NCBI RefSeq assembly: GCF_006345805.1 | Contig: NC_042999.1 | Coordinates: forward strand, 93,992,001-94,056,000 | Direction of reading: 5' to 3' | Source: Octopus sinensis | Lineage: Eukaryota | Length of the DNA: 64,000 nt | Part shown: positions 55,866 through 64,000 of the stretch, piece after piece | Position numbering within the stretch: the stretch's first letter is position 1 | Layout: each line of letters begins with the position of its first letter | The notes under the pieces: model-generated | What the model saw: only the letters and a program-made list of their open reading frames with translations | What the model was told of the DNA's origin: nothing | The model's database searches: none | Translations under genes and position numbers: made by a program

Positions 55866-57853
55866 TGTATGTATGCGTGTATTGTCTGTGCGCAGAAAAA
55901 ATAATTTATTGAATTGCAACCTAAATGTAAATTTACCGGAAATGAATTTAGAGCTTACAATATTGCATCAGAATTTGGAATTAAAATTAAGATAATGCTC
56001 TTTGTTTTGATGTGTTTGATTAGAAACTATGCGAGATAGTTTAATGTGCAGCAAAGATATAACATTTCAGGACGTTCCTGGTTGTAATTTTCCAACCACG
56101 TTGTATAGCGAGGATGAATTTTCATCTTACAACAATAAAAATACTCCTCAGTAAAACAACCACATTTTTCATTTCTTGTTTATCCTAAGCTGACTGTGTA
56201 GTGTTGCTTATTTGACTATCAATAACAAGTTATTGTACATCTAATTTACTCCCACTACCCCTAAATCACTCATAGTTATCTATCACTACTTCTCTTTCGA
56301 AAGTTCGAAGAACACGCTATATTTCCAGTGAATTCTAAACCTCCGTTCATCATCCGCCTGATATATTGTATGGGGAATACATACAGGAATACTTTTACAA
56401 AATTTTCGTATTGAACTTAGAATCAAATAAGTTGTCATATTTATATGTGAATGAAACTAAAGTGGCGTGCTGTTTTCGTAAAGTTCCAACATCATATACA
56501 ATGTTTTTTTATATTTCCAAATATTGTTGCGTTCTTTTCCAAGGTTCAGCTAATTAAGAATCTTATTATTCCTCTCTCTAATATTTCGTTCTGGCACACC
56601 CTTTTTGTCAGGAAGGATTTTTACTCTGATAGCAATTTTCAAATTATATCCCCACAAAATTTTAATTTTAGACCACAATAATGAGTACAATTATAATATT
56701 AACAAGTAAATTATGTAAAATGTTAATAACTAATCCCAGCTGAAGGTGGAAAATCCAATAAAGTAGCACTACATGAATTAAATGAAGTCAGTCAAAATAG
56801 AGTACAGAAAATATGAGTCTACCAGTTTGCGATGAAAATGATCTTATGACTTTCACCTTCATGAGAAAGTTTTTCACTACACAGCGAATATCAGCGTCAC
56901 CATGGTATCTGACAAGTAAAATTACAAATGTTTCAAGTGATGTTAATTATTTTTTCTAAGCATGATACTTTCTTTGCCTCCTTTTCAATTAACACAATTT
57001 GCCCTTATAACAAATGCTTTTATAACGTAATGTGGATGTGAATAGAAGTATAATAAAAAATTAGGAAATGATCTAAACGATAGAAACCTTTGTAGTTGGC
57101 AGCAGGAATCGACTGCAATTCAGTAAGAATCTGTTAGGACGCTCCTATTGTGAAAAATAATGAATATTTAATTTTGAATAATTTCATTAAATTACTGTTA
57201 AGGGCTGTAGGCTTAAACACCACTTCGACGTTGGTTTCTAGAGTCGATTTGAAACACTTAAAATTAGTATTTAGTATATCACTGTAGAGAAAAGCAAAAT
57301 TTATGAATGAAAATTGTATTGCACTTTTTCTATAAAAGAGAAATAAATATGCATAATATCTCACCGTAGGAAACATCTGGGCTGATAAATTCCTCATGAT
57401 TTAAAAAGTGAAATTTCGGAAAAAATTACTTTTCAGATTTTGCTGTGAATTCTAGCATCTCGAGCGACCACTCGCAGACATCCCTCATGCTGTCTACGGA
57501 GTCGTGAATATATGCAGTTGAATTTAAAAATTTGCAGCAATGTTCGAATCTTAGAAGGATAATGATTTGATTTTTGTTATTGAAAATTATTGAAATATTT
57601 TCTCGGGGTTGTAATCTCCTACATGGCGTTCCCGAAAGTATGTCAAAGATAATATAAAATATCAGAATGTTTTGTGAAGCATGGGTGTGTTAGTTCAAGT
57701 TACGATACACATCTTTTTGACTAAATTGCAATCTCCACTGGGGAAAATGTTTGACACTGAAACAATTTTCGCAAAAATATGAATCAGAGAAGGTAACCAT
57801 ATTCGACATGACCGCCTTAATTTCTTCAGTCTTCAACTGTTTCTGCTCACTAA

Positions 57854-59380
57854 TCTTGTGTAAATAAATCGCACTATGTGTGTGTATAATGACTAACGCA
57901 TACATTTCGACAATTCTCGACCGATTTTCTCCAAACTTTACATATACATTAGTTATGTCCCAGGGATGGTCATGCCCACCTGCGCAAATTGACGTAAATG
58001 GACATAAGCTTTTGTATGTAGGGTCTTCCATACTTTTTAAATCTTTCAATAAAAGTGAAAGGATTTTGTCTATTTATTTACTTCGTCTGACCAGTCTGGA
58101 AACAGAATTTGGAAGCTGTCATTTTGTTTTCATGTATATACTTGTTCATGTTAATATAAAATATTTATCCCAAAACTTTTATTTAGCTGTTATTTTTAGC
58201 ACAACACGTGTTATGTTTCCGGTAATTTCTTTCATGCAAAGAAATGTTTACGTTAATTTAAACGATTTTCCAAATTTGATGTATGCATATAATTTTATGT
58301 ATGTATGACCTTCCATAATTTTAAAATCTATTTCATTGTATATTGGCATTAGAGAATATTTTTGACTGTGATTAAATGTACTAGGAACAGTGTACGCGAT
58401 GAATATCCAATAGCAAACAATCTTAATCTTCATATTTAAGCTGCATTAAACTTTGGCAAGCTTACCTATACTTCTTCCGAGTTACTTGAAAGGTAATGTT
58501 CCATTTCCTCTATTCTATTTGTTAATACCTTTGTTTACCTACCAATGCGTTGCTTCACTTTAAGGATGCTTATTTACCCATCCATTATGATATTTCAGCC
58601 GTTGTCCATTGTTTCAAATGCGTTTTAGCATTGAGATTCTAACCTTTTTTTAAACAATCACATATGATTCATACCAAAGAATCAATCTTTAAATAAGAGT
58701 TTTGCTAACGACTACCGAAAGCTATAAGTATTTTTCAGAAATCGCCATACCAATTGCACTTTATGCGTAGGCTATGTGGGAAGACAGAATAAAAGGGTTC
58801 TCGAATCGATAATCATCTGGTATACCAAAAACCGTTCTGCTTTTCCAGATATTACAAGCATGCCACCTTAAAAGAGGGCAAACATTGAGAGAAAGATTTC
58901 TAGAGTGGCAAGGCAGCAGCGCTGGCAGGCTAAGGAAACTGAGGACCGGAGGTCCTCTAGACTGTTGAATAAAGCTGCCGCTGCAAGAGATGCAGCTACT
59001 CCGGAGTAGAATGAAACCTATCGAGTGTGTGCTGCTGACACAACTGCACAGAAACCCCCAAAAGAGTGGTATCGGTCGGGCACGCAACGCTGCATCCACT
59101 TCTGCAGCGAGGTTGGCAGATGACGATAACCATCGGATGATCAAACTTGAGTCTAATGTTCACCAATTTATACAGAAAATTTGCACTTATAACTCTGCTT
59201 TCCAGATGAGACGTTTTAGTCACAAACACATTCATGAAGACTCCTAGTCTTCCTGTCAACATTGCTGAACACCGATTCCTTGAAATTTACTTCATGGGAG
59301 CTCAGGTGACATCAGGAACAAAGTGAAAAAAATACCGCCAGAGTAACGTAAACCGTCCAAAGGACGGTAGTGTTTTCTAG
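57854..59380 (+). mobile_element. Complete non-autonomous (internally deleted) Helitron
   Basis: 5' A|TC followed by a typical CCGATTTTCTCCAAACTTT subterminal stretch. RepHel N-terminal remnants: R..Q.KETEDRRSSRL, HQFIQKICTYNSAFQM, RFLEIYFMG. 3' hairpin ACCGTCC-AAA-GGACGGT (59352-59368), an 8-nt spacer, then CTAG|T. The 3' end is certain; the 5' end is less so. Confidence 0.82.
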
Positions 59381-59489
59381 TACCCGATAAAGACTATCGC
59401 TACCGTGTTCAAATCATATTGATTAATTTATGTATGAATATATCTGTGTCGAGGTGGATATATTTTAGGCATACACACACGCACATGCA

Positions 59490-59532
<43 letters not shown>

Positions 59533-60054
59533 ATACGCCCATATATTAATATATATACACGAGTAAGCACATAGATGCAAAACAAGGTTGAGGAATAGTA
59601 CGCTAATACCAGACGTGCTGCCGGACAAACGGGGGCGTTTTTTATGACGTTTTTGTGGCTTCATGAATATATATATATATATAGGCATATCTATAATTCC
59701 ATACCGCAGTCATCATATTAACTTTAGTCGTTACTTTACTTTCTATCATACAAATTTATTTATCTCACAAATGTATTATTTTCTGAGTTAGAAACCTTCC
59801 TGCGAGGTTAATGACTTTGCTACAGAACCTATTTCAATTTGCTTTGAATGACATTTCTTCCACTGAGCTCCTTTTCTTAAGTGCTTTAACGGTAAAAATG
59901 CTATGATAAAATACCGAAACTGTGCAGCTTGCAAATTACATCCATTCATTCTTTTCCAAATTTCTGTGCACCTGTTTTAGTGTAACTTTACTCAATCAAT
60001 TTTCGATTATAGCATATCATAACCTAGGGACGTGCTAGTAGTTTTCATGCTCGA

Positions 60055-60190
60055 GGATTTTAATCGACTAAATCAACAGACAAACACACATACATATGTA
60101 TATACGCACACAATGGTCTTCTTTCAGTTTCTATCCACCATACTCATCACAAGGCCATAGTAGAAGACACTTGGCAACGTGCCATGCGCC
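60055..60190 (-). mobile_element. SINE family 1 deleted fragment
   Basis: CTTCTTTCAGTTTCTATCCACC..CACAAGGCCATAGTAGAAGACACTTGGCAACGTGCCA matches the family 1 head. Confidence 0.7.
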
Positions 60191-60206
60191 TAAATATATA
60201 TATATG

Positions 60207-60260
<54 letters not shown>

Positions 60261-60309
60261 TGTCTGTATATATATGTATGTATATTTATGTCTGTATACA
60301 TGTATATAT

Positions 60310-61320
60310 GGGGCCGCCTCCAAGAAAAGACAAATAATGAGTGGTGTTCCACAGGGCACTCTCCTATTAATAATGATCCTTTCTGATATGCCCTTAGGTG
60401 CCCAAGTAATTATGCTAGCTATGCTGACGATACAAAATCTCTAAAAGTAGACAGAATCCTGGATACATTGTGCATCTGCAACGTGAGTTGAATGCAATAT
60501 TGAGGTGGGCTGAGGAAAATAAGCGCTGCGCTACCAGCACTGGTAGCTCAATGAAGATCAGACAAGATTCACTGGCCCAGGAAGGATTCCAATCCACGAG
60601 TCAAAATCTTGTACGTGAGCTGGGCGTCGATATGAGTAACGATGCATCTTTCCAGATGTACATTACTAATTTGGAAATAAAAAGCAGACGTCTGATCGGA
60701 TGGATCCTTCGAACTTTTAAAACAAGAGAAAAGGAAACCATGATGGTCATCTGGAGGACTTTCTTTCTAAACCGTCTGGATTACTGGTTACAGTGTAAAA
60801 TTCACGACGGAACTCAACACGATCCAGTGAAGCTATACAAGGAAGATCAATACAATGCGACGTGTCAGTTCCTGGGATATACAAAATGAATTAAGACTCT
60901 ACACTCTGGAGCGAAGGCAGCTAAAACATGCAATAATATACATCTGGAAAAGCCTAGAAAATCTTATTCCAAACTTTGGCATTGCCACTTACACAAACAG
61001 CAGAACGGGATGCTATTGCACGTTACGAAAGATCCCAGAACTATCGTCAAGATACAGGACCACATACTGCAACAGCTTGGACTACAAAGGTTCACAGCTC
61101 TTCAATATCCTCCCTGAAAGCCTGAGAGACTTGCATGGCATGGTTGCAGGCTTTTTCAAAGAAATCTAGGCAAGAAACAGAGATAAGGACAACAACTTCA
61201 AGCGCCTTCATCCATCAAATGTCCCATATCAGAGGAGGTTTAATGATAGTGTAGCAAGGCAAATGATGATGCCCCAGCATGGTCGCAGTCAAATGACTGA
61301 AACAAGTAAAAAAATAAAGG
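60310..61320 (+). mobile_element. 5'-truncated CR1-like LINE (RT, thumb and 3' UTR/tail)
   Basis: IMSGVPQGT and YADDTK (60420). ORFs 60470-60889 (LQRELNAILRWAEEN, VRELGV.MSND..F, GWILRTF.TR) and 60855-61169 (LYTLERR..IIYIWK..NLIPN, G.QLFN.LP..LR). Ends in CCAGCATGGTCGCAGTCAAATGACTGAAACAAGTAAAA. Confidence 0.9.
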
Positions 61321-61629
61321 ATATATATATATATATATATATATATAGATAGATAGATAGATAGATAAAGAAATATAGAACGAGAAAGAATTGTATGTAT
61401 ACATATGGGAGATATTTATTATTATCCTTGTCTTTCTATCTTATTCTCTGCCTATATATGCGTGTGTGCGTGTGTGTTGGCATATATAACTCACAAATAC
61501 ATTGGTTGCTTCTATACATGCGTATACAGACTCCCATATGATCAAACATTGTTTCAGCAACATAAATATAATATACCCCGTGTATTAGTATTTATTTTCT
61601 CTTTTAAATATCCACATTGATAATCATAG

Positions 61630-61868
61630 AATATGATGTAAAGTAGATAAGAAACTGGCCATGAAGCTGGATGTTTGACAGTTTCTTACTTCCAAAGGCA
61701 TTTCAGTCTGCTTTCTGGTTAAGGTAGACAAATCTTAAATTCCCTCATCCGTTAAATCGACATTACGCAATATTTGAATTGAAATGTATGTTGTCAATTA
61801 CTGCAAGCGAATATTCCTCTAGGCTAAACGGAGCCTTTTTTGTTTCAATTAACGTTCTCTTCCCCTCG
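61630..61868 (+). mobile_element. Possible 3' end of a mariner element
   Basis: Ends CCCCTCG|TA, a CGAGG-type TIR like that at 32920. The preceding sequence only weakly resembles a transposase C-terminus. Confidence 0.35.
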
Positions 61869-63194
61869 TATATATGTGTTTTGCATAAGAAATTTATAAA
61901 CACTTTACATTCTTGTCAAATATTAAACAAAATAAATATCTTTCGGAATTCCTTAAGAAGTATACTTAGAGGTTGATTTAGCAGTTGATGAGTACAAAAT
62001 GTAGAAGTAACCGAGATCTCCGAACGGTGATGAATCTATTCAGAGCTGCGTAGAGTTTCTTTACCTTACGATGATGAGTTCAACTTCTTATTTGGTTGCA
62101 TATTTGGGAGAATGTCGATTTTTTGCTTGATAAATTCACTAGTGAAATTGCATGACCTATAGTTAATTGTAGTCACATCTGTCCCGAATCACATCATGCT
62201 GCTATAAATAAGAGGAAAATGAAATTCTATATTGCAGTATGGAAACTACAATGCATAAAAAAGTGCCTTTGATCATAGAACTGTTCAATCGACTGACACC
62301 TATGTCTAGACTGCAACGTTTTCGATTGATTTCGTTTGAAATATAGAAATAAATAGCTTTTCTACAGAGACACAATCCTTTACCTTTCTAGCACTGTCTT
62401 CTGTCCATTTTCTTTACAATTACTTCTAATAGTTTCTCAATCTTCACGTTTCGCACTTACTCATTCACCATCTTAATAACTTCAAAATTTACTGAAATAT
62501 AATAATTCATCTGCGTGGTTGTATAAGGGCTATTATTTTAAACATTAGAGTAATGAGTAATAATTTGAATATAATTTAGTCGCTATACACAATATATTAT
62601 ACTGTCACATATGTACAATTATTGTAATCTTCCATTAAAAATCAAATGGATACTAATTGTCAAAATAGAATTAACTTGGAAATTGTAATTAAATTGCAAA
62701 AGCAACTTTCTCATTTCAATATTCATGAAAAGTATATACTATACCTATTAATAATACAGTGAAACATCGTAACCATCAAGTATAATTAATCACTTAAACA
62801 TTTGTAATATTTTCAACAATATAAATAATTTGCTTTTATTTTGTGTCAAATTTATTTTAAAAAAAATATAGAAAATGAAGTTGATATTTCAACATTACCT
62901 GCATTCACTCACTGTTAAAATATGCATTCCTAATATAACTACATATAACAGGTCTTATATAAATATGAGCGTATATAAATACATGCATCATATACACACA
63001 TACATATATGCATACACATATTACTTGCAAATTTGTAGCCTGTAAAATGTAATTCTTCGCATCAACTCGATACAAGAGCAAGTTTTAAAAGACATACATA
63101 CATACTGTTAAGATTTAAGTACCAGAAGCGTCGTATTCAGCAGTAATACATACACACACATACACACACACACATATATATATATATATAATCG

Positions 63195-63503
63195 AATAAA
63201 TGAACCCCCGTGACTTATTCTTAAGCCTAGTACCTATTCTATAGTTTTCATCTCCAAGCTAATAAGTTACATGGACGTAAACATACCAACACCAGTTGTG
63301 TAGCAGTGACGGTGGACAATCACAGACAAGAAGATGCATACACACAAAGGCACAGACACACGCGCACACAAACAGACGCACGCATACAGGCACACACATA
63401 TAGGCGTGTTACTTTCAGTTTATGTCCATCAAATCCACTGGGACTGAAGCTGGGATCACGTGTTTGAAAAGCAAGCTTCTTACCACTTGGCCACGCCTGT
63501 GCC
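63195..63503 (-). mobile_element. Decayed SINE family 1 copy
   Basis: ACCCCGTGACTTATTCTTAAGCCTAGTAC, GGACGTAAACATACCAAC and head AAGCAAGCTTCTTACCACTTGGCCACGCCTGTGCC. Confidence 0.75.
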
Positions 63504-63547
<44 letters not shown>

Positions 63548-63639
63548 CATGTTTTATTTTATGCATAAGTGTGAGTGTGCAACTTCAGTTGTAATCCAAC
63601 ATCATCAGCTTTAGATATTTCCACGTAGACTGCTGCCAT

Positions 63640-63735
63640 TCGTCCTTGGCTGAGTGTGGACTTAGCAGTTTAGTGAAGAAACCTATAGAATAAGTACTAG
63701 GATTTTTAAAAAATGTCCTGGGGGTCGATTTATTC
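63640..63735 (+). mobile_element. SINE family 1 body fragment, inverted relative to 63195-63503
   Basis: CTTAGCAGTTTAGTGAAGAAACCTATAGAATAAGTACTAGG..GTCCTGGGGGTCGATTTATTCG. Confidence 0.7.
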
Positions 63736-63774
63736 GTGTATATATATGTAATTATTCGACTACATATATATATG

Positions 63775-63806
<32 letters not shown>

Positions 63807-63952
63807 ATTATATATACAATATATATGTAGATATATATATACATACGCACACACACACATATATATATATCCTACTGTTAAAATTTAAGTACCAGAAACG
63901 TCGCATTCAGGATTAATACATGCATACCTACGTACATACATACATACATACA

Positions 63953-63985
<33 letters not shown>

Positions 63986-64000
63986 GCATATGAACGATGC

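Overview
AT-rich, repeat-saturated animal DNA. It is most likely from an octopus (coleoid cephalopod): this is inferred from my recognition of its tRNA-derived SINE families and the very dense (TA)n/(CA)n/(TAGA)n/(TACA)n microsatellites, not from a search. No intact protein-coding gene is recognisable. Most ORFs in the supplied track are microsatellite translations ([12 protein letters not shown]) or chance AT-rich frames. What can be supported is a fossil record of mobile elements: three SINE families in many copies, two CR1-like LINE RT fragments, a HERO/NeSL-like RT fragment, three Penelope-like RT fragments, several decayed Tc1/mariner elements, and a complete internally deleted Helitron (57854-59380). 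Structures not explained by these families are the most interesting. They are four foldback/inverted-repeat structures with arms of about 42 bp, 173 bp (99% identical), 540 bp and 1 kb; hammerhead-ribozyme-like cores at 29941-29970 and 43377-43398; a 3' stem-loop tail shared by a LINE and a SINE; and two frame-compatible candidate minus-strand exons (35140-35256, 11610-11857) that could encode a signal-peptide-bearing N-terminus.
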